From positions 1 through 64,000 of the IMG/VR virus record IMGVR_UViG_3300030108_003689: a DNA stretch of 64,000 bases, one strand, 5' to 3'. The first letter of the stretch is position 1, and each line of letters begins with the position of its first letter. The position numbers and the translations under genes are program-made. Origin of the DNA: a virus. The notes below the pieces were generated by a model. The model was not told the origin of the DNA, did not search any database, and saw only the letters and a program-made list of their open reading frames with translations. This document shows, piece by piece, positions 1 to 8,081 of this stretch.

Positions 1-1
1 T

Positions 2-412
2 ATGAGCGATACACACACACAGCCCAAGGTTGACTTCATCCACAATCAAGTAGAGAACAGGCTGCAAAGCCTGCGCTCTCTTCTGGAGGGTGAGTACGCC
101 AGCGCGGCACAGTCCCCTGACCATGAGCCCGGACCATGGAGCCCGGAGAAGCAGGCTCACGTTGAGGCCATCTCCGATGCGATAGCGCATCTCGACCGCG
201 TATCGCGCGCCATTGACCACGCTAACTGGTGCGCCCTGGCTCGCATGCGAGCAGCCGAGATCGCAGAACAGAAAGAGCAAGAGCAGCTTGCAGCCATGGA
301 GCATGGCACCACCGGACGCAATGACGCTGCCGGTTCACCCCTGGGGCAGGCAGGACACTGCCCGCACTGTCTCAAAGACTACGGCAGCGGCCACCACTGC
401 TGCGACTGCTGA
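2..412 (+). CDS. hypothetical early protein with C-terminal Cys/His cluster
   Basis: 136-aa ORF; ends HCPHC...HHCCDC; 5' context lies outside the window. Confidence 0.6.
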   Translation: MSDTHTQPKVDFIHNQVENRLQSLRSLLEGEYASAAQSPDHEPGPWSPEKQAHVEAISDAIAHLDRVSRAIDHANWCALARMRAAEIAEQKEQEQLAAMEHGTTGRNDAAGSPLGQAGHCPHCLKDYGSGHHCCDC

Positions 413-421
413 GGAGCAACC

Positions 422-496
422 ATGTACCTGACCGAATGCAACATCGCAGCCCTGTGCCTACTGGCACTTCAAATCATCTCACTACTGGCCTACTGA
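422..496 (+). CDS. 24-aa hydrophobic micropeptide (MYLTECNIAALCLLALQIISLLAY)
   Basis: GAGGAG SD just upstream of the ATG; fills the gap between neighbouring genes; below the ORF-track size cutoff. Confidence 0.55.
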   Translation: MYLTECNIAALCLLALQIISLLAY

Positions 497-506
497 GGAG
501 ACACTC

Positions 507-707
507 ATGCCACGAACATTCCGACTCTCATTCGACATCTCAGCCGAGGCTGACCCCTCTGACCTTCTCGACCGGCTCATCGACTTCCAGCAGCAACTGG
601 TGGATGAGCTTGATGAGGGCGAGGACGTCTTCGGCGAGCCCGTCCCCAACCATGCAACCGCCGACACTTGCAGTGTCGAGCACATCACAATCAAAGGAGG
701 TGAGTGA
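507..707 (+). CDS. small acidic protein ending KGGE
   Basis: GAGGAG SD; TGATG overlap with the next gene. Confidence 0.75.
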   Translation: MPRTFRLSFDISAEADPSDLLDRLIDFQQQLVDELDEGEDVFGEPVPNHATADTCSVEHITIKGGE

Positions 708-982
708 TGACCAAGGCAGAACTTCAGGCGTGGGCCAAGCGGCAGATAGACAAAGAGGACCAGCCCAACACCAATGTTCTCATCTACAAAGGTGAGCAAG
801 ACTATGAAGAGAACAATGACCACCACGGTGCTCTGTTCGACTTCATGCTTTTCGAAGAGGCTCTCGACCATGTAGCGCCAGGACGGATGTTCTGTTGCTA
901 CGTGTACGACGCCCACCCCGACTCTGGAGACTACACCTGCTTCGATTGTGTGGACTTCATACTTCCATCAGGAGGCCAGTAA
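707..982 (+). CDS. hypothetical acidic protein ending GGQ
   Basis: GGAGGTGA SD; TGATG coupling upstream and TAATG coupling downstream. Confidence 0.75.
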   Translation: MTKAELQAWAKRQIDKEDQPNTNVLIYKGEQDYEENNDHHGALFDFMLFEEALDHVAPGRMFCCYVYDAHPDSGDYTCFDCVDFILPSGGQ

Positions 983-1593
983 TGCCTACACCAACTATTC
1001 ACGTCCATACTTTCGCCAAGCGTCAGACAGCCGAGTCCCGGTTCAGTCACACAACGATGACCTGGGATGAGCTTGCCGACAGCGCGCGGTTCGCCTTTTA
1101 CGCTGGCAAATCCAGCAGGTTCCAACCTCGCGCACTTGAGGTGCAAGTCAATCCGAATGAGTGCTTCACCGGCATTGTCGCGCTCAACCACGGCGACGAG
1201 TTGGTCGCGTCATTCGAGAGCCGCCGGGAGGGCGAGGCCCCACGTAAGGTACTCCAGGCCGCAAACAAGGGCGCCGGTACACACAAGATGCAGGCCAAGT
1301 CCGCATACGTTGTGCTGTTCCCGTCCACCCTACTGGCTGAGACTGGTGACAACGAGCTTGAACCAGTGGAGGGTAACTGGGAGATCATCAGCCTGAACGC
1401 CAGCCCGACCAAGAAGGACACGCCGATTGACCCTGACACCCTCATGCACAACCACTTCGGTAGTGACGGCGGCACAGCTACCGGCCTGAGTGACGCTGCC
1501 TTCGTCAAGGCATTGCGGGAGTCATTCCGGTTCTGGCAAGACAAGGCCATGCTGGCGAACCTTGAACCAACCGTGGTCGAGGTCGAGGAATAG
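982..1593 (+). CDS. DUF3228-like protein
   Basis: Motifs WEIISLNA, PIDPDTLMHN..G..GG and ESFRFWQDKA resemble DUF3228; start moved to the coupled ATG at 982. Confidence 0.6.
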   Translation: MPTPTIHVHTFAKRQTAESRFSHTTMTWDELADSARFAFYAGKSSRFQPRALEVQVNPNECFTGIVALNHGDELVASFESRREGEAPRKVLQAANKGAGTHKMQAKSAYVVLFPSTLLAETGDNELEPVEGNWEIISLNASPTKKDTPIDPDTLMHNHFGSDGGTATGLSDAAFVKALRESFRFWQDKAMLANLEPTVVEVEE

Positions 1594-1646
1594 TATTCCG
1601 GGAGAGGGAGCGGTTTGGGGTCCGCTTATTAAAACCCCCCACTTAT

Positions 1647-1731
1647 GTCCGAGTGGTGGAATCGGTAGACACAGGAGACTTAAAATCTCCCGGCTAATGC
1701 TGTGCGGGTTCGACTCCCGCCTCGGACACCA
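1647..1731 (+). tRNA. trnL: tRNA-Leu (anticodon UAA), CCA encoded
   Basis: Acceptor GTCCGAG/CTCGGAC; anticodon arm GGAGA-CTTAAAA-TCTCC; long variable arm; T arm GCGGG-TTCGACT-CCCGC; ends ACCA. Confidence 0.95.
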
Positions 1732-1753
1732 TCAACAAACAGGAGCAATACCA

Positions 1754-2107
1754 ATGGATGAATCAAGATACACAAACTACCCAAATGCATGGTGTCCACT
1801 AACGGACCCACACCGCGCCATGCTGGAGGCCGTCATCACCCTCGGCTTTGCCAAGGACGCCATTAAGAATGCGGAGGCTGAGTCCACAGATGAGTGGCGG
1901 GCCAATACCGCAATCTCGGCACTCAAGTGGATTGTGAACCACTTGGATTTGCACTTCAGTGAAGACTGGGAGGCGCACTGTGCTGGCAGGCAAGAGCTTG
2001 CGGCAAAGGTTCTCGCAGACCAAGCCATGGATGAGGACGACTTCGTTCAGGCTGGGATTGCAGCCCGTGAAGCCCTCAAGAACATCAAACAACAAGGAGG
2101 TGAGTGA
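1754..2107 (+). CDS. hypothetical protein ending GGE
   Basis: AGGAG SD before the ATG at 1754; the upstream extension in the track overlaps the tRNA. Confidence 0.75.
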   Translation: MDESRYTNYPNAWCPLTDPHRAMLEAVITLGFAKDAIKNAEAESTDEWRANTAISALKWIVNHLDLHFSEDWEAHCAGRQELAAKVLADQAMDEDDFVQAGIAAREALKNIKQQGGE

Positions 2108-2472
2108 TGTGTGCAGACAGAGACCAGCCGGGGTTGGACGTTGATTTACACAAGGAAGAGCGGGACATGACCATCGTTGCCCTTCGGTTGATGCTCGACA
2201 AGTACGGCCAAGATGACCACGAGAGTGCAGTCGCCAAGTGGTTGCTGCGGTTGCTGGAGTCGAGGAACAAGTGGATTGGCGGTGGAGACTTGAAGTTTGC
2301 CTTTGGCGGACTGATGGACTCCATGGGCTACGGCGCCACGCCGAAGAGTCTGGTAGACAGGCTCGGGTGGTCAGTCGAGGAGTTCGATGGTCAGTGTGAC
2401 CTCGTCGATGGGTTCGCCGACCAAGTCCAAGTTCCTGCCCTGTACGTCGTCGATACCGAAGGAGGTGAGTGA
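2107..2472 (+). CDS. hypothetical protein ending GGE
   Basis: TGATG coupling at both ends. Confidence 0.7.
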   Translation: MCADRDQPGLDVDLHKEERDMTIVALRLMLDKYGQDDHESAVAKWLLRLLESRNKWIGGGDLKFAFGGLMDSMGYGATPKSLVDRLGWSVEEFDGQCDLVDGFADQVQVPALYVVDTEGGE

Positions 2473-2954
2473 TGAACATCTTCGTCCTCGACCGTTCACC
2501 CGGCATCGCAGCACGCATGCAGTGTGACCGTCACGTCGTCAAGATGACCCTGGAGAGCGCACAGATGCTCGCCACGGCTGTCAACAAGTTGGGTGGGCAG
2601 ACCCCTTACAAGTCTGCTCACCTCAACCACCCATGCTCTGTGTGGGCCCGTGAGACCCTCGGCAACTTCATCTGGCTCTATGACCACGGCATGGCCCTCG
2701 CGAAGGAGTACACGCGCCGCTACGGCAAGGTACACAAGTCCGAGGCCATCATCCAAGAGTGCATGGACCAGTGCCGAGACCTGTCTCTGTACAACCTCAA
2801 GCGCACGCCTCACCCGCTGTGCATGCCTGACGAGTACAAGACTGACGATGCCGTCGAATCCTATCGGCGGTTCTACATCGGAGAGAAGGCTGGGTTCGCC
2901 CAGTGGAACAAAAAAACGAAGGCCCCGACATGGTGGCCAGGAGAGCAATCATGA
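2472..2954 (+). CDS. pyrimidine-dimer DNA glycosylase (T4 endonuclease V-related family)
   Basis: MNIFVLD, DRHVVKMTLESAQML, HLNHPCSVW and EYTRRYGKVHKS are hallmark motifs of this phage family. Confidence 0.85.
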   Translation: MNIFVLDRSPGIAARMQCDRHVVKMTLESAQMLATAVNKLGGQTPYKSAHLNHPCSVWARETLGNFIWLYDHGMALAKEYTRRYGKVHKSEAIIQECMDQCRDLSLYNLKRTPHPLCMPDEYKTDDAVESYRRFYIGEKAGFAQWNKKTKAPTWWPGEQS

Positions 2955-3286
2955 GAGTTTATAGATTGGACCAGAACCTTATCAACTTGGGCGAGGATAT
3001 CTGGGCGCCCGCAAGTGGCGGCGGCGTATACTACCGCTCGCATGTCGAGGCCAGGAAGAAGGCCAATGCAGCCATCAAAGCCTTCAGTTCAAGGCAGAAA
3101 GAGTACGACCCTGGATTTCGGTTCGCTGATGTTCAATGGGGAGCCTTCATCACCATCACGGCTTGTGACTTCGACAAGACCGGAAAGGACACCTTGATTC
3201 GTCTCCTCAATGGTGAGGGCGGCAACTTCAAGAAGGAGCAACTCGTTGAAGAGTGGAACCCTCAAACTAAATGGAGGAAGGAATGA
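2951..3286 (+). CDS. hypothetical protein
   Basis: GGAGAG SD; ATGA overlap. Confidence 0.7.
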   Translation: MRVYRLDQNLINLGEDIWAPASGGGVYYRSHVEARKKANAAIKAFSSRQKEYDPGFRFADVQWGAFITITACDFDKTGKDTLIRLLNGEGGNFKKEQLVEEWNPQTKWRKE

Positions 3287-3537
3287 AACAGAAGTCCATC
3301 ATCACAGAAGAAGTCAGAATATTTTTGAATCAAGAGAATGTCTCAACGAAGAAAAAGACCACGGTGATGGTCTTCGTCGATGACTCATTTACTGATTCGA
3401 CTTCAATGATTGAGATTGAAATAGTAGACGGTGAACTGTTTGTCTACGCTGACGACGACCGCGAACCACACGACGGCAAGCTGATGTTCAACATCAGTCC
3501 CATCGGTGAAATCCTACAATACAACGGAGGAGAGTGA
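3283..3537 (+). CDS. hypothetical protein ending GGE
   Basis: GGAGG SD; ATGA overlap. Confidence 0.7.
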   Translation: MKQKSIITEEVRIFLNQENVSTKKKTTVMVFVDDSFTDSTSMIEIEIVDGELFVYADDDREPHDGKLMFNISPIGEILQYNGGE

Positions 3538-3896
3538 TGCCACTTTCATACGTACCACCAGAAGAAGCATTCGAGGTTCGCATTCAGTGTACCGAGAAGC
3601 AAATCCAACGGCACTGTGATGCTGCCCCTGAGAACGACCGTCGAGACTTCGACGACCAGGGAGGGCTTCAAGTCCCGGTGTACCACGTCTACAAGAACGG
3701 CAACATCAGCAACCGCATGACGTACTGGTACACGTTCGACGAGGCCGAGGGTGAGGACAACGAGTTCGACATCCGCGAACTGCCTACCTTCAGCCTCAAG
3801 AGCTTGTCCCATCAGGACCTGCTCCAAGGCTGCCTGAAGCGTGGAATGGTCCGCATCGAGAACAACAAGCTGGTCATCTTAGTAGGAGGAGAGTGA
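3537..3896 (+). CDS. hypothetical protein ending GGE
   Basis: TGATG coupling at both ends. Confidence 0.7.
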   Translation: MPLSYVPPEEAFEVRIQCTEKQIQRHCDAAPENDRRDFDDQGGLQVPVYHVYKNGNISNRMTYWYTFDEAEGEDNEFDIRELPTFSLKSLSHQDLLQGCLKRGMVRIENNKLVILVGGE

Positions 3897-4075
3897 TGGA
3901 CCTGAGTGACGAGAGGTTTCACATGCGGACGATCCCCTGGGCCAAGCTGGAGACCGAGGGCGTTGACGCCCGCAAGGTGATGAAGGAAGCGCAAAAGCAG
4001 AAGATGTGGAAGTTGGCCCGCAAAGCCGAGCACAGATGGCACAACCAGCGTTTGCGAATCGAGAGGGAGGCATGA
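3896..4075 (+). CDS. small basic hypothetical protein
   Basis: Coupled start; ATGA overlap with the next gene. Confidence 0.6.
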   Translation: MDLSDERFHMRTIPWAKLETEGVDARKVMKEAQKQKMWKLARKAEHRWHNQRLRIEREA

Positions 4076-4461
4076 GGGGTAACCGTAAATGCGGGACCTG
4101 TGACGCATGCTGTACTGTGCTGGAGATTCCATCCGTGCCAAGTGAGATCGGGAAGCCTTGCACTCACATGACCGGCTCTGGCACTAAGCGTTGCGGCATC
4201 TACGCTCAACGGCCCTCTGAGTGCCAGGGCTTTGTGTGTCATTGGCTTGCTGGCATTGGGCCATCATCATCCCGGCCTGACCGCTCGGGGATCATGGCTC
4301 ACCTTGCTGGTGAGTTCGGTGAGATTGTAGTCGCTCACATCCTTAGAGAGGGTGCTGATACGACACAGAAGGGACGAGCAGTGCTCGAAGACCTAATGCG
4401 CGACACCAGGGCAGCGGGCATGCAGATGCTCATCAGACGGTCGTACATACAGATTGATTGA
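4072..4461 (+). CDS. YkgJ-like CxxCxxCC cysteine-cluster (Zn/Fe-S) protein
   Basis: CGTCDACC...C...CGIYAQRPSECQGFVCHWL. Confidence 0.8.
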   Translation: MRGNRKCGTCDACCTVLEIPSVPSEIGKPCTHMTGSGTKRCGIYAQRPSECQGFVCHWLAGIGPSSSRPDRSGIMAHLAGEFGEIVVAHILREGADTTQKGRAVLEDLMRDTRAAGMQMLIRRSYIQID

Positions 4462-4591
4462 CATTCCATGTCGGACCTAATCGAAGCGCTGCGTACTTAT
4501 GAGTGAAGACTCATGTCGCGGGTCTAACCGGCCCCGTTCTCCTCAATGAAGCACCCTGCTTCACCAACATAACAAACAAAAGGAAATAACA

Positions 4592-5422
4592 ATGTATAGA
4601 CCGACTAAGCCGAGTGACCTGAGCCGATTGATTGTAAAGTACGCGACCGAGGGCAAGCTCCAGTGCTTCCGTAAAGTCGAGGAGTCCGAGTACAAAATCT
4701 TGTGCTGGGAGTACGAGATGAATGGAGGCAAAAGTCCTGACTGCCGTCAGTGGGTAAAGCCTGGAGACTTCATCTCTTCGCACATCGTCCGCATGGACGA
4801 TTCATTGTACGGAGACAGGGCCCCATCTTCAGCCAAGGCTGCACTACGGATCATGGCCGAGAGTTGTGACATTGCCAATATTCCAGATTGCATCGAGTGT
4901 GAATCACTCTATCAGGTAGCGTTGCTTCACACTGACCTTGACCGCTGGATTGAGAACCACTCCTTCCCGTGGGCAAGGCGAATGGTATCCGCAATTGGGT
5001 ATGTCAGCGTGGAAGACCTGTTCGAGCGCGAGGACATGACATTCGTTGGAGATAGCAACATCTTCGATGATGACGGAACTTTCGAGAAGTGGTCCCAGCC
5101 ATTGTGGGAAAACTGGAAATCCATCGCGCTCTGCACTGCCCTAAGGGAAGGCAAGGTTGATGACTGGCATGACATTGACCAGCGAATGAAGGGTCTTCAA
5201 AACACTTTCCAAATCAACCAGTGGCAGGCATCAGTCCTAACAGGCCTCTCGAACCATGAGCTTGCTCTTAGTCAAGTCGAGATGCTCCTCAGCCTCTTTG
5301 AAGACTACGAGGCCCGTATCCGACGACAAAGACAGTACGACTCGGAGGGGCCACTGCGGATACCCGAAGCAGTGGTGGGTCAACTGACTTATGTCCGCGA
5401 CTTGTTAGTGAGCCATAACTGA
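4592..5422 (+). CDS. hypothetical protein
   Basis: 276-aa ORF with AAGGA SD. Confidence 0.75.
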   Translation: MYRPTKPSDLSRLIVKYATEGKLQCFRKVEESEYKILCWEYEMNGGKSPDCRQWVKPGDFISSHIVRMDDSLYGDRAPSSAKAALRIMAESCDIANIPDCIECESLYQVALLHTDLDRWIENHSFPWARRMVSAIGYVSVEDLFEREDMTFVGDSNIFDDDGTFEKWSQPLWENWKSIALCTALREGKVDDWHDIDQRMKGLQNTFQINQWQASVLTGLSNHELALSQVEMLLSLFEDYEARIRRQRQYDSEGPLRIPEAVVGQLTYVRDLLVSHN

Positions 5423-5435
5423 CATACTTGACACA
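5423..5435 (+). promoter_or_regulatory. CAYACTTGACAYA box (copy 1)
   Basis: Intergenic motif containing TTGACA, repeated at 5785 and 8024. Confidence 0.45.
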
Positions 5436-5473
5436 ACCAACCATCCAGTTAACAGACAGGAAAGGAGAGAAAA

Positions 5474-5755
5474 ATGAAGTGGACTGATTCAAGAGGATTG
5501 CCCCTCGACAAATGCAAGGTCGGCATAGAGTTGACCCGTGAGATCGAAGACGAAGAAACGGGTGAAGTCATTGAAGAACAAGTCATTGATGTCACCGTAA
5601 CCTTCTGGCCAGCCGAACCAGACGTTGGCCTCGGCCCAGGGGTTGAGGTCATATCTGCTCACCGCTCCGACACTAAAGAGCGGGAGCCGGTGGAGCTTGA
5701 CGACTGGGAGGTTGACTCATTGATCGATCTTCTGCAAGAGCAGAGACGGACATAA
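5474..5755 (+). CDS. small acidic hypothetical protein
   Basis: AGGAGAG SD; 93 aa. Confidence 0.75.
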   Translation: MKWTDSRGLPLDKCKVGIELTREIEDEETGEVIEEQVIDVTVTFWPAEPDVGLGPGVEVISAHRSDTKEREPVELDDWEVDSLIDLLQEQRRT

Positions 5756-5780
5756 TCTGTCCGAAGTTTTTAGTTTTTTT
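5748..5780 (+). terminator. probable intrinsic terminator
   Basis: CGGACA-TAATC-TGTCCG hairpin followed by T runs. Confidence 0.5.
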
Positions 5781-5784
5781 ATGT

Positions 5785-5797
5785 CATACTTGACATA
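5785..5797 (+). promoter_or_regulatory. CAYACTTGACAYA box (copy 2), overlapping the palindrome TGTCA-TACT-TGACA
   Basis: Repeated intergenic motif. Confidence 0.45.
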
Positions 5798-5826
5798 CAA
5801 TGGTTCAATCCAAAAGGAGCAAACTC

Positions 5827-8022
5827 ATGAGTAAAATCGGTCGGCCTGACAATGGCAAGAACAGGACTGGAACCAAGCGCGACAAGCAAAAGATGCGAGG
5901 CAAAATCAAGAACATCAGCAAAAAGATCTTGAAGCTGTATCCCAACGGCAGCTTCGGAGATGAGCACCTTGACGAGAATATCTGGGCATCGAACGGTGGA
6001 GAACATCCGCACAAAGGCCAGGACTTGATGGAGAGCTACATAGCCCATCAAGCGTTGGCTGGACGGATCTACCAGGATGACGCCTTTCGTCTGATCGAAC
6101 TGGTCAAAGAGGCAAAGTCGTTGGGCGACTTGGTTGATACGATGTACACCAAACGTTGGTACACCTTGAACCGAGATGTGCAGGGCGTTGTACCTAACTT
6201 TCGTTTCGCTCGTGTAGGTCATATAAACTTCTGGGAACACGTAGAATACGGACTCTTGACGCGCCCAACATTGGCGGAGTTCATCATTCACGAGACGAAG
6301 GGTCTCAAAAGGACAGAAGAGAGCTTGGCGGAAGTTGAGGCGGCATTGATGGAGTACGATCACAATGCTGGCCCAATCGGTGCTCGGAATGATTGGGCTC
6401 ATGCGGGTGAAGTGTTCATGGAAAGGATGGACTTGCTGCGACTCAGATCGGACGGAACCCTCTTGAGCGAGGAGCAAGTCCAAGAAGAGCTACTGACTTT
6501 CGACGAAGCGAACGAACGAATGAAGACGCTTAAGTTGTCTTCTTCTGCGGACGAAGCACGGAACAGGATTCAATCAGCGCAGACAGATCATCGGAGGTCT
6601 TACGATAACGATTCTTTCATGCAACGACGCTTCAATCTTGTGAAGGACGATGCCGCAAACCTGAATGCGCCTCAATGCTTGTTTAGTATTTTGAACACCA
6701 GACTGGATAACTTTCTGATTCAACGCCACCCTGCATATCAAGCAGGGTTTCGTAAAGATTGGACGTGGCACCCATCTGTGTGCGACTCAACAAGCAAGCA
6801 TGAAAAGGCGTTTCAATACTTCAAGCAAACCTTGAAGTGCCCTGGCATGTTTGCTGTGCCAACTTGGTGGTATGGCGAGGTCCAGCACATGTACGCTCTA
6901 TCTGTCACTCAGCACTTGACTAAAGACTTCGATGAGCCATTCCCTACGGGATCGTTCAAGAGCGTCATTTCAAGGGCTTCTGGTTGGTACAAACGCCTGG
7001 AAGAATCCAATCCGATTCTTTACGAGGACCACGCCAGAAGATCGATTGAATACATGAGAGATCGTAACTCCGCCGAGGAGTACCCGGAAATGGTTCCGTT
7101 TAAGACGACGTTCATCAATCTGGAGGACGAATCAAATGCAGGTCACCTGATCTACAACAGGAGTCTGAACCAGTTTGGTCAGGTTCGCCAGCACATGGTG
7201 CCTACAATGGCTCATGCTCCTGATGGCAGGCTGGTCGCCTTGGATATTATTTTCCAAAGCGGGTTCTACTTCAGAGAGAGTGACGAAGACAATCCACTTG
7301 GACGCAGGGTGATCTACGGCTTGTACCACGGCTACGTGATCAATCGTGAAGATTGCCCTTCTGGAATGGACTTTATTCGCATTTCGATGGTCTGCCCCTT
7401 CCACATTGATGGTCAATGGTATCCGCATCTTGCTGAGTTTGACGGTCACCTGTGCGAACAGTCTCCGATCATTCCGGTAATTGGCATGATGATTGATGCT
7501 TTGAATGAGCATAAGACGGTAGTTCGAAACTTCACCAGGGCAGAGCGTAAGCGCAGCGTCAAGGTTGGCAAAAGCTCTGGTGTAGGCAAAGTAAGCCCAC
7601 GCCGATATACACGAGTGCAGATGTCCTCAGGTACAACGTCAATACCTCCGATTGAGGATTGTCCACTGATGCGTCTGCCCAAGTGGAAGCTGTCAAAGCG
7701 AGTCCGGTGCCGTAAGCATGAGCGATGCTATGTCCGTGATGGCTCGCTGCCTATCGGAAAGGATCACTTCGATCTGCTTTCTTCTCGTGGCTACACGATC
7801 TACAAAGACAATCTTGAGATCGGTCCACGAGACCTGAAGCGATTGAAGCTTCGTGATGTAGAGTTACCTAATGGATATAGGTGGGTAGCTATTCGAACCA
7901 TCATCGTCGAAGAGTATGAGAAAGGACCAGAAGACGAAGAGATTGTGCCGCTTGTGCTTGTGCCTCAGAACAAAGTACTGAAGGATTCAGCAGACTTTGA
8001 ACTTAGCGCGATCAACAAATAA
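5827..8022 (+). CDS. large hypothetical protein (about 730 aa)
   Basis: AGGAG SD before the ATG at 5827; basic N- and C-terminal segments; no family recognised. Confidence 0.8.
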   Translation: MSKIGRPDNGKNRTGTKRDKQKMRGKIKNISKKILKLYPNGSFGDEHLDENIWASNGGEHPHKGQDLMESYIAHQALAGRIYQDDAFRLIELVKEAKSLGDLVDTMYTKRWYTLNRDVQGVVPNFRFARVGHINFWEHVEYGLLTRPTLAEFIIHETKGLKRTEESLAEVEAALMEYDHNAGPIGARNDWAHAGEVFMERMDLLRLRSDGTLLSEEQVQEELLTFDEANERMKTLKLSSSADEARNRIQSAQTDHRRSYDNDSFMQRRFNLVKDDAANLNAPQCLFSILNTRLDNFLIQRHPAYQAGFRKDWTWHPSVCDSTSKHEKAFQYFKQTLKCPGMFAVPTWWYGEVQHMYALSVTQHLTKDFDEPFPTGSFKSVISRASGWYKRLEESNPILYEDHARRSIEYMRDRNSAEEYPEMVPFKTTFINLEDESNAGHLIYNRSLNQFGQVRQHMVPTMAHAPDGRLVALDIIFQSGFYFRESDEDNPLGRRVIYGLYHGYVINREDCPSGMDFIRISMVCPFHIDGQWYPHLAEFDGHLCEQSPIIPVIGMMIDALNEHKTVVRNFTRAERKRSVKVGKSSGVGKVSPRRYTRVQMSSGTTSIPPIEDCPLMRLPKWKLSKRVRCRKHERCYVRDGSLPIGKDHFDLLSSRGYTIYKDNLEIGPRDLKRLKLRDVELPNGYRWVAIRTIIVEEYEKGPEDEEIVPLVLVPQNKVLKDSADFELSAINK

Positions 8023-8023
8023 G

Positions 8024-8057
8024 CACACTTGACATACGTCGGTAAACAAAGTAACTT
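8024..8057 (+). promoter_or_regulatory. sigma70-like promoter containing box copy 3
   Basis: TTGACA (8029) -17 nt- TAACTT (8052). Confidence 0.55.
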
Positions 8058-8081
8058 CAATAAACCATACAGGAGAATGTA

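Noticed and set aside
1591-1632. Stop-codon readthrough stimulated by the pseudoknot
   Set aside because: An in-frame TAA follows 13 codons later, and the 14-nt spacer is longer than in known readthrough signals
1490-1753. N-terminal extension of ORF 1490..2107
   Set aside because: It runs through the tRNA-Leu; the ATG at 1754 has a proper SD
696-3898. Junction motifs as integron attC sites or CRISPR repeats
   Set aside because: No inverted-repeat structure, only 14-16 nt long, spacing equals whole genes, and no integrase or cas genes were seen
4468-4527. Tiny ORFs MSDLIEALRTYE* and MSRV*
   Set aside because: No SD and no other support
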